Numbered from the stretch's first letter, positions 18,909 to 28,270 are shown. The stretch is DNA of 64,000 nt from Gammaproteobacteria bacterium (GCA_007127715.1 SKYU01000003.1:2507-66506); one strand, 5' to 3'. Numbers and translations: made by a program. Notes: generated by a model not told the origin, from the letters alone.

Positions 18909-21110
18909 ATGAGGCGACTGATTCTGCTGCTTGGCGCAGCCCTGCTGCTGCCTGCGACGGCCTGGCCTGAGACACCCCGGCCCGGACACGTCCTGACCGC
19001 CATGTTCGAATGGTGGAACGAGGCCTACCAGGATCCCGAGGGCTTCACTGCGGAGGCCTTCGCGCAGTATTTCGACGATGACGCCGTGATGGTGATCAAC
19101 GGCAACGCCCGCGGACCGGGACCGGCGGCGATCGCCCGCCACTTCCGCACCATCCAGGCCAGTGTCGACGAGGTCGAGATCCTGCTGCCCTTCCGCGAGG
19201 GCTTCGATGACGGCGCACGCACGTTCACCTACCACTACACCCGGGCGCGGGTCGATGGTGAGCTGCGCCATTCCCGGGTGATGGGCTACGCGCTGATCCG
19301 TGACGGGCGAATCGCGCTGATCGATTTCATCAACCTGCCCATCGAGGGTCCGCCACCGGAGACCGACGGCCCCACGGCCGACGCCAGGCTGCTGGCGCTG
19401 CTCGATGCGCTGTTCGAGGACATGCTCGCCGCCAGCCCCATGCTCGCCGCACGTCTCGATCGGGGCCGGCCACGCGGCGACTGGGACAGCTTCTCGGCCG
19501 AGGCCCGCGCGGGCGAACGCGCGCGCCTGGAATACTGGCAGGCCCGGCTGCAGCAGGAGATCGACCGCACCCGCCTCTCCCCTCGTGCCGCCCTGCAGTT
19601 CGACGTCGCGCTTGACGAACTGGCGCTCAGGCTCGAGCGGCTCGACTGGTGGGCGCAGAGCTACCCGCTCAACCAGATCGTCGGCCTGCATGTCGATATC
19701 CCAAACCTGCTGATCAACCACCACCCCATCGCCGACGAGGCCGACGCGCGGGCCTACATCCAGCGCCTGGAGGGGGTCGGTCCGCTGCTGCAGGCGTTCG
19801 TCGAGGACATGGTGCTGCGCGAGGAGGCGGGTGTGCTGATGCCGCAGGCGGTCTATCCGCGGCTGATCGAAGGCACCCGCGCGCTGCTCTCCGGCGCACC
19901 GCTCGACGAGGGCGAACCCCATCCGTTGTGGACGGACTTCCAGCGCAAGCTCGGTGCGCTGGCGCTGCCACCTGCCCGAGAACGGGCGCTCGAGGCCGAG
20001 GCACGGGCGGCCCTGCGCGGGGGGTTCCGCGAAGGCTATCTTGCACTGCTGGCACGCCTGGAAGACGAGGCGGCCCGCACCCCGATCGACGGCGGCGTCG
20101 GACAGCTGCCCGACGGTGAGGCGTACTACCGCTTCCTGCTGCGGCTGTTCACCACCACCGACATCAGCCCCGAGGAGGTCCACGCGCTCGGCCTCGCGGA
20201 GGTCGCAAGAATCCGCGACGAGATGCGCGCGCTCGTGCAGGCGCTCGGCCATGACGACGACCTCGAGGCGTTTTTTACCCGGCTGCGCGAGGATGAGCGT
20301 TTCCTGCTGCCCGATGATGACGAGGGTCGCGAGCGTTATCTCGAGATTGCCCGGGGCCTGGTGGCCGGCGCCATGGCCCGACTGGACGACGTGGTGACCC
20401 GCCCGCCGGAGAGCGCGGTGGCGGTGCGACGGTTTCCGGCCTATCGGGAGGCCGGAGCGCCCGGGGGGTTCTACGAGGCGCCGGCCGAAGATGGCTCGCG
20501 CCCCGGCACCATCTATCTCAACCTGGCCAATATGGGCTCGAACCCGCTCTATGCCCTCGACGCCCTGATCTACCATGAGGGCCCGCCGGGGCATCATCTG
20601 CAGATCGCAACCATGCTCGCCGACCCGACGATTCCACAGCTGCGCAAGGTCTACGTCTGGTGGCTCAACACGGCCTTCATCGAAGGCTGGGCCCTGTACG
20701 CCGAGCAGCTGGCCTCGGAGATGGGCCTGTACCGCGACGACTACGCCGAGTTCGGGCGCCTGTCCGCCGAACTCTGGCGGGCGGTACGCCTGGTGGTGGA
20801 CAGCGGTCTGCACAGCCTCGGCTGGAGCCGCGAACAGGCGCTGGCGTACATGGCCGAGACGCTGCCCGCGACGGCCGAGGCCAACGCCCGGGAAGTCGAT
20901 CGCTATCTCGCCGTGCCGGGCCAGGCCACGGCGTTCAAGATCGGCATGCAGAAACTGCTGGCGCTGCGCGAGCAGGCACGGCACGAGCTCGGCGAGGCCT
21001 TCGACATCCGCGAGTTCCATGACCAGGTCCTCGCGCACGGCAACGTGCCCCTGTGGGCCGTCGAAGCCGCCATCGTGCAATGGCTGAACGAACACCCGTC
21101 CAGGCGATGA
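18909..21110 (+). CDS. NTF2-like domain fused to DUF885 (putative metallopeptidase-like) protein, secreted
   Basis: Start at MRRLILLLGAALLLPATA (alternative ATG at 18897). The N-terminal ~130 aa are paralogous to 18270..18725. The remainder is DUF885-like, with HEGPPGHHLQ (HExxH-like) and GWALYAE blocks. Confidence 0.85.
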   Translation: MRRLILLLGAALLLPATAWPETPRPGHVLTAMFEWWNEAYQDPEGFTAEAFAQYFDDDAVMVINGNARGPGPAAIARHFRTIQASVDEVEILLPFREGFDDGARTFTYHYTRARVDGELRHSRVMGYALIRDGRIALIDFINLPIEGPPPETDGPTADARLLALLDALFEDMLAASPMLAARLDRGRPRGDWDSFSAEARAGERARLEYWQARLQQEIDRTRLSPRAALQFDVALDELALRLERLDWWAQSYPLNQIVGLHVDIPNLLINHHPIADEADARAYIQRLEGVGPLLQAFVEDMVLREEAGVLMPQAVYPRLIEGTRALLSGAPLDEGEPHPLWTDFQRKLGALALPPARERALEAEARAALRGGFREGYLALLARLEDEAARTPIDGGVGQLPDGEAYYRFLLRLFTTTDISPEEVHALGLAEVARIRDEMRALVQALGHDDDLEAFFTRLREDERFLLPDDDEGRERYLEIARGLVAGAMARLDDVVTRPPESAVAVRRFPAYREAGAPGGFYEAPAEDGSRPGTIYLNLANMGSNPLYALDALIYHEGPPGHHLQIATMLADPTIPQLRKVYVWWLNTAFIEGWALYAEQLASEMGLYRDDYAEFGRLSAELWRAVRLVVDSGLHSLGWSREQALAYMAETLPATAEANAREVDRYLAVPGQATAFKIGMQKLLALREQARHELGEAFDIREFHDQVLAHGNVPLWAVEAAIVQWLNEHPSRR
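19002..19049 (+). repeat. Right arm of a 48-bp perfect inverted repeat (inside the DUF885-fusion CDS)
   Basis: Identical to the reverse complement of 18570..18617. The spacer is 384 bp. Confidence 0.95.
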
Positions 21111-21195
21111 GTCCGGACCGCGGCCGTCACTGGCCGCCGCCCCGGCCATCCTCTACACTGCGCCGCGGTCCGGATGCGGCAGTGGGGGCGTACAG

Positions 21196-22566
21196 GTGAC
21201 GGTACAGGGCGACAGGCAATGGTCTTCGGGCCTGATGTTCCTCGCGGCAGCCATCGGCAGCGCGGTGGGCATCGCCAACATCTGGAAGTTCACCTATGTC
21301 GCCGGCGGCAACGGCGGCGGCGCCTTCGTGCTGATCTATGTGATCGCGCTGTTCTGCGTCGCCCTGCCCGCGCTGGTCGCCGAACTGATGATCGGGCGGC
21401 GAGGCGGGCGCAGCGTGGTCGGCACCATGGCGGCACTGCGCGAACGCGAGGGTATCGGGCGGGGCTGGAAAGCCTACGGGGTGATGGCCGTGACCACAGT
21501 GTTCATCGCACTGTCGTTCTACTGCGTGGTCGCCGGCTGGACCATCGACTATTTCCGCGTCGCCGTCTCCGGGGCGTTTCGCGGCATGGATGCGACGAGT
21601 TCCGGGGCAGCGCTGGCGGCGATGCATGCCAGCCCGATGCGCATGATCGTCTTCCAGACGCTGTTCATCGGCCTGACCGTCTGGATCGTCGCCGCCGGTA
21701 TCCATGCCGGGCTGGAGCGCGCCCTCAAGCTGCTGACGCCCGGGCTGTTCCTCATCCTGCTCATCATGCTCGGTTACGCCATGATCGCCGGCGATGCCGC
21801 GGCGGGGCTGACCTTCCTGTTCCGGCCGAACTGGGCCGAGCTGACCCCGGCGGTGGTGCTGTTCGCCGTGGGACAGGCGTTTTTCTCTCTTGGCGTAGGC
21901 GTCGGCGTGATCATGACCATCGGGGCCTACATGGATCGCAATATCCCCATCGTGCCCTCCGGGATCGTCATCGCGGCGGCGGACGGCGCCGTCGCACTGA
22001 TCGCCGCCATGGTGATGTTTCCGATCGTCTTCGCCCACGGGCTCTCACCCGCCCAGGGGCCCGGCCTGATCTTCGCGACACTGCCGGTGGCCTTCGGCCA
22101 GATGAACGGCGGTGCGATCCTCGGGCCGATGTTCTTCCTGCTCATGGCGTTCGCCGCCTTGTCCTCTTCGATCACACTGCTGGAGAGCATCATCGCGACC
22201 CTGGAGGACTACACCGGGCTGACGCGGATTCCGCTGGCCCTGATCACCGGGCTCGCGCTGTGGCTGGTCGGTCTGGGCACGGTGTTCTCGTTCAACCTCT
22301 GGGCGGACTTCCATCCGCTCGGGTTCATCGCAGCGCTGGACGGCCGCACGCTCTACGATCTGAAGGGTCTGGCGGTGGCCAACGTGCTGATGCCTGCGGG
22401 CGGCATTCTTCTCGCCGTGCTGGCGGGCTGGATCATCGCCAGGCGCAGCTCGGCAGAAGAACTCGGCATGCGCCGTGAACTGGCCTATCGTGGCTGGCGG
22501 CTGCTGGTGCGCTGGGTCGTGCCCAGCGTGGTGATCCTGGTGTTCGCTGTGAATCTGCTGGCCTGA
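21196..22566 (+). CDS. Sodium-dependent transporter (NSS/SNF family)
   Basis: WSSGLMFLAAAIGSAVGIANIWKFTYVAGGNGGGAFVLIYV is the classic NSS N-terminal signature. About 11-12 TM helices. Confidence 0.92.
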   Translation: MTVQGDRQWSSGLMFLAAAIGSAVGIANIWKFTYVAGGNGGGAFVLIYVIALFCVALPALVAELMIGRRGGRSVVGTMAALREREGIGRGWKAYGVMAVTTVFIALSFYCVVAGWTIDYFRVAVSGAFRGMDATSSGAALAAMHASPMRMIVFQTLFIGLTVWIVAAGIHAGLERALKLLTPGLFLILLIMLGYAMIAGDAAAGLTFLFRPNWAELTPAVVLFAVGQAFFSLGVGVGVIMTIGAYMDRNIPIVPSGIVIAAADGAVALIAAMVMFPIVFAHGLSPAQGPGLIFATLPVAFGQMNGGAILGPMFFLLMAFAALSSSITLLESIIATLEDYTGLTRIPLALITGLALWLVGLGTVFSFNLWADFHPLGFIAALDGRTLYDLKGLAVANVLMPAGGILLAVLAGWIIARRSSAEELGMRRELAYRGWRLLVRWVVPSVVILVFAVNLLA

Positions 22567-22622
22567 ACGCCGCCCGGAGGCTCATCTCCCCCGGGCGGGC
22601 CGCGCACAGCCAGGGCGAGCGC

Positions 22623-22916
22623 TCAGGCGCCCAGGACGTCGAAGAACTGCAGATCCATCTCCTCGGCCAGGCAGTCCAGGATCGGCGGCACCAGCTCGTC
22701 GTGGAACGACGAGGCCATGTGGGCATCGAACGCCGCCTGATCCTTGAAGCTGGAATACACCACATAGGTGTTGGGCTCGTCCCGGTGACGGATCAGGTCA
22801 TAGACGAGAGTGTCTGGCTCGTGCTCATGGGTCAGCGCCTTGAGCTTGATCTGCAGTGCCTCGAACTCGGCCGCCTTCTCCGGCTTGACCACCAGTTTCG
22901 CGATGAATGCCATCAT
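22623..22916 (-). CDS. ABM-domain (antibiotic biosynthesis monooxygenase-like) protein
   Basis: 97 aa with ferredoxin-like ABM pattern MMAFIAKLVVKPEKAAEFE...YVVYSSFKDQAAFDAH. Lies 20 nt downstream of the acyl-CoA synthetase gene. Confidence 0.85.
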   Translation of the reverse strand: MMAFIAKLVVKPEKAAEFEALQIKLKALTHEHEPDTLVYDLIRHRDEPNTYVVYSSFKDQAAFDAHMASSFHDELVPPILDCLAEEMDLQFFDVLGA

Positions 22917-22936
22917 GAGCGTGTCTCCTCGGGGTA

Positions 22937-24595
22937 TCAGCCGGCGTTCTTCAGACCGAGCTCATCGATGAGCCCGTCGCGAAGCCGGAATTTCTGGATC
23001 TTGCTGGTCGACATGGGCCAGGTCTCGACGAAGCGCACATGGCGCGGCACCTTGAACCCGGCGATCCTGCCCCTGCAGTACTCGATGAGCTCCTGCGCGT
23101 CGACCGTCTGCCCCGCCTCGAGCTCGACGAAGGCTGCGGCGACCTCCTGGAGGCGCTCGTCCGGAACACCGACCACCTGGGCCAGCTTCACCGCCGGGTG
23201 ACCGGCCAGGAACGCCTCGATTTCCGCCGCAGCCACATTCTCGCCGCCAACCTTCAACATGTCCTTCAGCCGGCCGTAGAACATGATCTGTCCCTCGGCA
23301 TCGAGCGAGCCGATATCGCCGGTGTGGTACCAGCCCTCGGCGTCCAGCGCCTCGGCGGTCTTGGCCGGATCCTTGTAGTAGCCTTCGAAGAGGCTGTAGC
23401 CACGCACCAGGATCTCGCCACGCTCGCCGGTCGGTGCATCCTCGCCGGTCGCCGGATCGACGATGCGCACCTCCAGCCCGGGCAGCGGCACGCCAAGCCG
23501 CCGGGTCCGCGCCTCGAGCGGGTCGTCCAGGCGGCTGGTACACACGGTGCCGGCCGTCTCGGTCATGCCGAAGGTCCCGACGTAGACCGTGTTGGGCATC
23601 GCTTTCAGCATCGCCTCCCGAATCCAGTCGGGCTGTACGGCGAAATTCGAGTTCATCAGCCGGATCCGCGACAGGTCCGTCTTCTCGAAGTCCGGGTGCT
23701 TGATGAGGTCGGCCATGATCGTCACGAAACAGGGATAGGTCGCCGTCACCTGCTCGCGCTCGAGCATGGCCAGCGCCACGCCGGCATCGAAATGCGCCAT
23801 GGTCAGGTAGGTACCGCCCACATCGAAGATCGACACCATCGGCAGGATGGCCGCAATATGGAAGACCGGCAGCGGCGACCAGAACCGATCCTCGGCCGTC
23901 AGCTGGTAGCGATGCCGACCCAGTGCGATGGAATTGCGCACCATCGCCTCATGGGTGATGGGACAGCCTTTCGGGTTGGCCGTAGTCCCCGAGGTGTAGA
24001 GCATCAGTGCGGGGTCGCGAAGGCGCACACGCGAGCGGATCTCCATGATGGTCTCGACCGCGACCTCGGCCCCGCGGGCGCGAAAGGCCTGTTCCGGCAG
24101 GAAACCGGGGGCCTCGCCCGGGCCCATCAGCACCAGACGCCGCAGCCGCGGCGCGGCCTCCAGCGCCAGAGCCGTGGGGTCGGGACCCTCGGCCAGTGCC
24201 GGGAACGCACCGGTCAGCCTTTCCACGAAATTGACGTGATCGTTGATGCGTGAGGTGGTGATGACCGCGACCAGGTCGGCATTCTCGACCACATAGGCCA
24301 GCTCGGCCGACTGATAACGCGCATTGATCGGCACCGCCACCGCGCCGCACAGCGCCACGCCGAAAAACAGCTCGGGGAAGTCCATGCAGGTCGGCATCAG
24401 CAGCCCGACGTGATCTCCGGGCCGGACACCAAGTGCATGCAGCGAGCGGGCATGGTCGATGGCGCGCGCAGCCAGCTCCCGGTAGCTGACTCGCTCCTCG
24501 GGAAAGACGATCGCATCGGTCCCGGGGTGACGCTCCGCGGCCTGCAGCAGCAGGTCTCCCAGTGTGGTGACGTTGATCCAGGGCGTCTTGGACAT
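22937..24595 (-). CDS. Acyl-CoA synthetase / AMP-dependent ligase
   Basis: Start at MSKTPWINVTTLGD (552 aa). AMP-binding motif LMLYTSGTTANPKG, plus YHTGDIG and GRLKDMLKVGGENV blocks. Confidence 0.93.
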   Translation of the reverse strand: MSKTPWINVTTLGDLLLQAAERHPGTDAIVFPEERVSYRELAARAIDHARSLHALGVRPGDHVGLLMPTCMDFPELFFGVALCGAVAVPINARYQSAELAYVVENADLVAVITTSRINDHVNFVERLTGAFPALAEGPDPTALALEAAPRLRRLVLMGPGEAPGFLPEQAFRARGAEVAVETIMEIRSRVRLRDPALMLYTSGTTANPKGCPITHEAMVRNSIALGRHRYQLTAEDRFWSPLPVFHIAAILPMVSIFDVGGTYLTMAHFDAGVALAMLEREQVTATYPCFVTIMADLIKHPDFEKTDLSRIRLMNSNFAVQPDWIREAMLKAMPNTVYVGTFGMTETAGTVCTSRLDDPLEARTRRLGVPLPGLEVRIVDPATGEDAPTGERGEILVRGYSLFEGYYKDPAKTAEALDAEGWYHTGDIGSLDAEGQIMFYGRLKDMLKVGGENVAAAEIEAFLAGHPAVKLAQVVGVPDERLQEVAAAFVELEAGQTVDAQELIEYCRGRIAGFKVPRHVRFVETWPMSTSKIQKFRLRDGLIDELGLKNAG

Positions 24596-24609
24596 CACGA
24601 CCGGCTCCG

Positions 24610-24897
24610 TCACTGCTCGAGCGGGTCGAGGTACTCGCGAACATAGGGCCCGTCGAGGCACTCGACCAGGCCCGGCGCCAGCGCCTTGAAATGCTCGGTG
24701 TTCTGGTGATCCTGCTCGGCCTGCTCGCTGGTGAAGGACTCGACCACGGCAAAGCGGTTGGGCTCGCGCAGGCGATAGAACTGGTAGATCAGCGTTTCGG
24801 GCTCGTGCGCATGCACCTTTTCCGTGAGGGCTTGCGCCAGGCGGATGAACTCCGCTTCCTTCTCGGGCTTGACGGTCATGCGGGAAATGAAAGACAT
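24610..24897 (-). CDS. ABM-domain monooxygenase-like protein (second copy)
   Basis: Track ORF 24610..24936 begins at a TTG. The ATG at 24897 gives MSFISRMTVKPEKEAEF, colinear with the first ABM copy. Lies 14 nt upstream of the synthetase start. Confidence 0.8.
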   Translation of the reverse strand: MSFISRMTVKPEKEAEFIRLAQALTEKVHAHEPETLIYQFYRLREPNRFAVVESFTSEQAEQDHQNTEHFKALAPGLVECLDGPYVREYLDPLEQ

Positions 24898-25046
24898 GCG
24901 CGCGGTCTTCTCGCTCACGGCCTGCTCCTCGGTCAACGATGTGTCGGAATGCGGAGTGCGTGCAGCGACCGTGACCCGGCCGGCCGGCCGTCGTCACACC
25001 CTCCCCCAAAGAGAGCCCGGATCATAGCATCGGCCCCCGAGCGAAG

Positions 25047-25064
25047 AAACAGTCATGACTGTTT
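25047..25064 (-). promoter_or_regulatory. Operator site S1: perfect 18-bp palindrome AAACAGTCATGACTGTTT upstream of the ABM-ACS-ABM operon
   Basis: Intergenic position. On the minus strand it is followed after 20 nt by the -10-like TATGAT (25026..25021). It shares AAAATAAACAGTCA with site S3. Confidence 0.7.
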
Positions 25065-25094
25065 ATTTTCTCGCCAGCCACTGCTCTGGCGTGC

Positions 25095-25772
25095 TCAGCG
25101 GTATTCGACCTCCACCTGCCACTGGTCACGCGGCTGCGCGTGGAGCTTCCAGTACTCCTCGGCGATGGTGTCCGGATCGAAGCGGGTTCCCGGATTGATG
25201 TGATCGAAGATGGTCACGGTGGCCACGTGGACATCGTGATAGGCCAGCTCCCGCGCCAGGCTGAAACAGAGGTTGCGCAGCCCCGCCTTGCCTATCCCGA
25301 GCGCGGCCACCTGCACGGGCGGATCCACCGCCGAACCGCCTCCGGTGAACAGGATCGTCCCACGGCGCTTGTAGCGCATGTCGGCCACGACCTGGCGCAC
25401 GCAGTGCAGGGCGCCGACCACGTTCACGCGGACGCTGTCGATCACGTCGAGCTCGGTGAGCAGGCTCGGTGCGCTGGTGCGGCGCAGGAAGGCGTTGAAG
25501 ATCAGCACCTCGGGTGCGCCGTGCGCCTGGCCGATCCGCTGGAACGCGGCAGCCACGGCCTTGCGGTCGGTGACGTCGGCCACGTGCATCGAACACTCGA
25601 TGCCCTCTTCGCGCAACTGCTCGTGGATCTCGGCGAGGCGCGCCTCGGTCCGCCCGAGCATGGCCACGTGAAAACCCTCGCGCCCGAAGCGCCGGCACAG
25701 CGCAAGTCCCATGCCGGGCCCGACCCCGGCGATCGCACAGACTTTCTTGTCCACCCGCACCCTCGCATCCAA
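25095..25772 (-). CDS. Short-chain dehydrogenase/reductase (SDR)
   Basis: Cofactor motif AIAGVGPGMGLALCRRF. 225 aa with an SDR-type fold pattern. Confidence 0.85.
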   Translation of the reverse strand: MDARVRVDKKVCAIAGVGPGMGLALCRRFGREGFHVAMLGRTEARLAEIHEQLREEGIECSMHVADVTDRKAVAAAFQRIGQAHGAPEVLIFNAFLRRTSAPSLLTELDVIDSVRVNVVGALHCVRQVVADMRYKRRGTILFTGGGSAVDPPVQVAALGIGKAGLRNLCFSLARELAYHDVHVATVTIFDHINPGTRFDPDTIAEEYWKLHAQPRDQWQVEVEYR

Positions 25773-25864
25773 GACCGGAGATCCCGGAGCGCTATGCTAT
25801 CATCGCCGCCGGCTGCAGGCGGCGCAGGATGCGTGCCGGCCGGACCGACAGGGATGACAGCATC

Positions 25865-26182
25865 ATGAGCGAGCTTCAGTACCACCCACTGATCCAGGCC
25901 GACGAACTGCCTGTCGGCAAATCGCGCTGCTTCGAGATCGGCGAACACCAGGTCCTGCTGTGCCACACGAAGGAGGGGTTCTTCGCGGTGCACAACATCT
26001 GCTCCCACGCCTATGCACGGCTGGACGAGGGCCGGCTGCGGGGGACGCGGGTCATCTGCCCGCTCCACGGAGCCTCCTTCGATGTGCGCGATGGCAGCGT
26101 CAAGGGCCCCCCTGCCTACGAGGGCATCCGCAGCTACCCCGTGCGCGTGACCGAGGGCCGCGTCGAGGTAGCCCTCGACTGA
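25865..26182 (+). CDS. Rieske [2Fe-2S] ferredoxin component
   Basis: 105 aa from MSELQYHPL. Rieske ligands CSHAY...CPLHGASF. Confidence 0.9.
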   Translation: MSELQYHPLIQADELPVGKSRCFEIGEHQVLLCHTKEGFFAVHNICSHAYARLDEGRLRGTRVICPLHGASFDVRDGSVKGPPAYEGIRSYPVRVTEGRVEVALD

Positions 26183-26203
26183 CGGCCCTGGCCTGCCCGC
26201 CGC

Positions 26204-27364
26204 CTAGCGGCGCTGGTCGAACCGTCGCCCCACCAGGGCCGCGGCAATGTTCGTTTTCTGGATGTCGACCGCGCCCCCGGCGATCCCCCAACCCCAGGCA
26301 TCGCGCAGGCGCCGCTCCATCGGGTAGTCCTTGGAATAACCGTAGCCGCCCATGAGCTGTACCGCGTGGCCAGCCACCTCGCGGGCAATCTCGTTGGCAA
26401 AGCACTTGGCCACCGAGGACTCGAGCACGCTGGGCAGTCCGTCCTGGGCGTTGCTCGCCGCACGCCAGATCAGAAGCCGCGCCGCGTCCACCCGCATCTT
26501 CATTTCGGCAAGTTTAAGCTGCACCGCCTGGAACTCGACGATCGGCTTGCCGAACTGCTCACGCTCCTGGACGTAGTCGAGCACATCCTCGAGCGCCCCC
26601 GATGCCTGGCCGAGCGCCATGGTGGCGTTGCCGCAGCGTTCGAGGTCGAACGCCTCCATGAGTTTGCGGAAGCCACCGGCAGGTACGATCACGTTCTCCA
26701 GCGGCAGCTCTACATTATCGAGGTAGATGTCGGAGGACGGCACACCACGGAAACCCATCAGTTCTTCCTGCGCGCCGAAGCTCAGCCCGGCGCGATCCTT
26801 CTCGACATACACCGCGCCGATTCCGCGAGCCCCGGGGTCATCGGACATCCGGCAGTACACGACGTAGCCATCGGCGTGACCGCCGCCTGAGCACCAGCGC
26901 TTGGTGCCACTGACGATGACCGTATCGCCACGGACCTCGGCGGTGGTCTTCAGATCGGTCAGTGCCGAGCCGGCCTGCGGTTCCGACATCGAGACGGCCA
27001 CGATCAGGTTGCCGCGGCAGACCTCCGGCACCACGCGCTGGCGAAGCGCCTCGCTGCCGAAACGCTCGATGGCGCGTACCGGACCCACGCAGGACTCGAA
27101 GACAGGAAAGGCCACGGCCGAGGAAATCTGCGCGAACTCCTCGAGGATGATCAGGGCCTCGAGATTACCCAGGCCCATGCCTCCGTACTGCTCGGGGACG
27201 TTGATGCCCAGAAACCCCAGCTCGGCAAACTCACGCACCAGCTCATGCGAGGGCGGCTCGCCCGTGCGTTCGATTTCTTCGGCGATTTTCGGCAGCCGTT
27301 CACGCGCGTACTTGCGGGCGGCCTGCTGCAGTTCCTTCTGCTCCTCGGTCAACTGGAAATCCAT
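26204..27364 (-). CDS. Acyl-CoA dehydrogenase
   Basis: 386 aa. ACAD N-terminal, middle and C-terminal patterns (GMGLGNLE, CSGGGHADGYVV, YEGTNDI-equivalent WGIAGGAVDIQKTNIA). Confidence 0.92.
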   Translation of the reverse strand: MDFQLTEEQKELQQAARKYARERLPKIAEEIERTGEPPSHELVREFAELGFLGINVPEQYGGMGLGNLEALIILEEFAQISSAVAFPVFESCVGPVRAIERFGSEALRQRVVPEVCRGNLIVAVSMSEPQAGSALTDLKTTAEVRGDTVIVSGTKRWCSGGGHADGYVVYCRMSDDPGARGIGAVYVEKDRAGLSFGAQEELMGFRGVPSSDIYLDNVELPLENVIVPAGGFRKLMEAFDLERCGNATMALGQASGALEDVLDYVQEREQFGKPIVEFQAVQLKLAEMKMRVDAARLLIWRAASNAQDGLPSVLESSVAKCFANEIAREVAGHAVQLMGGYGYSKDYPMERRLRDAWGWGIAGGAVDIQKTNIAAALVGRRFDQRR

Positions 27365-27451
27365 CTGCTTCTCCTTTCGTTATTGCAAGGCCCCCGCGGG
27401 GTGTGTAGCTTGCCTGCTCCCTGACCGGACATTTGCGGAGCCCTGTTCATC

Positions 27452-28255
27452 ATGCCCATCGCACACATCAACGGCCACGACATGTATTACGAACTCCACG
27501 GCAGCGGCGACCCGGCCATCTGCATGGGCGGCTGGGGAACGTTCTGTCACGGCGGCGACCGACACCTTGCCCGTGGACTGACGGACCGGTACACGGTGCT
27601 GCTGATCGACTACCGTGGCATTGGCGAATCCACCGACGACCTGTCGGTGCCACCGAGCATGAATCTCCATGCCCAGGACGTCATCGGCCTGCTCGACCAT
27701 CTCGGCTGGAGCCACGTGCACTTCATCGGGCTGGTCGGCATGGGCGCATGCATCTCGCAGGAAGTCGCCATCCAGCGACCCGACCTCGTGCGCTCGATGA
27801 TCAACATGGGCGCCTGGACATACTGCGACGACTTTCTCCGTGACCAGCTCGAGCTGTTCGCCATGGTGCATCGCGACTCGGGCTTCGAGGCCTTCCAGCG
27901 CTTCGTCACCGTGATGTCCTTCAAGCCGGAATACTACAACGCGCACAAGGACCGGCTGCTTGGTCCGAATGGCGGCTGGAAGGAGCTCAACGGGCGGCTG
28001 GAGGCGCACGAGCGCTTCGTCCGCGCCTGTATCGAACACGACGTACGCGATCGCCTCGGCCAGGTGAAGTGCCCGACGCTGGTGATCCACGCCGGCCAGG
28101 ACCTGGTCACCAGTCCACGCACCACACTGCCGATCGAGGAACTCATCCCCGGCGCCGAGGGCGTGATGATGGAAGACGTCGCGCACGTCGTCGCCGGCAA
28201 GGAAGAGAAAATCGCGTTCTGCGAGATCCTGCTCCCCTGGCTGGCGAAGCACTGA
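27452..28255 (+). CDS. Alpha/beta-hydrolase-fold protein lacking an obvious nucleophile
   Basis: HGSGDP...LIDYRGIGES; the elbow reads HFIGLVGMGACIS instead of GxSxG. The Asp (HAGQDLV) and His (EDVAHVV) positions are retained. Confidence 0.8.
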   Translation: MPIAHINGHDMYYELHGSGDPAICMGGWGTFCHGGDRHLARGLTDRYTVLLIDYRGIGESTDDLSVPPSMNLHAQDVIGLLDHLGWSHVHFIGLVGMGACISQEVAIQRPDLVRSMINMGAWTYCDDFLRDQLELFAMVHRDSGFEAFQRFVTVMSFKPEYYNAHKDRLLGPNGGWKELNGRLEAHERFVRACIEHDVRDRLGQVKCPTLVIHAGQDLVTSPRTTLPIEELIPGAEGVMMEDVAHVVAGKEEKIAFCEILLPWLAKH

Positions 28256-28270
28256 TCGGGGGAGACGCGC

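Noticed and set aside
18726-21149. Upstream ~808 aa of the 959-aa minus-strand ORF 18270..21149
   Set aside because: Only the last 151 aa (from MDGRQMW, with a signal peptide) look like a protein. The rest is antisense to the DUF885 fusion gene and is low-complexity.
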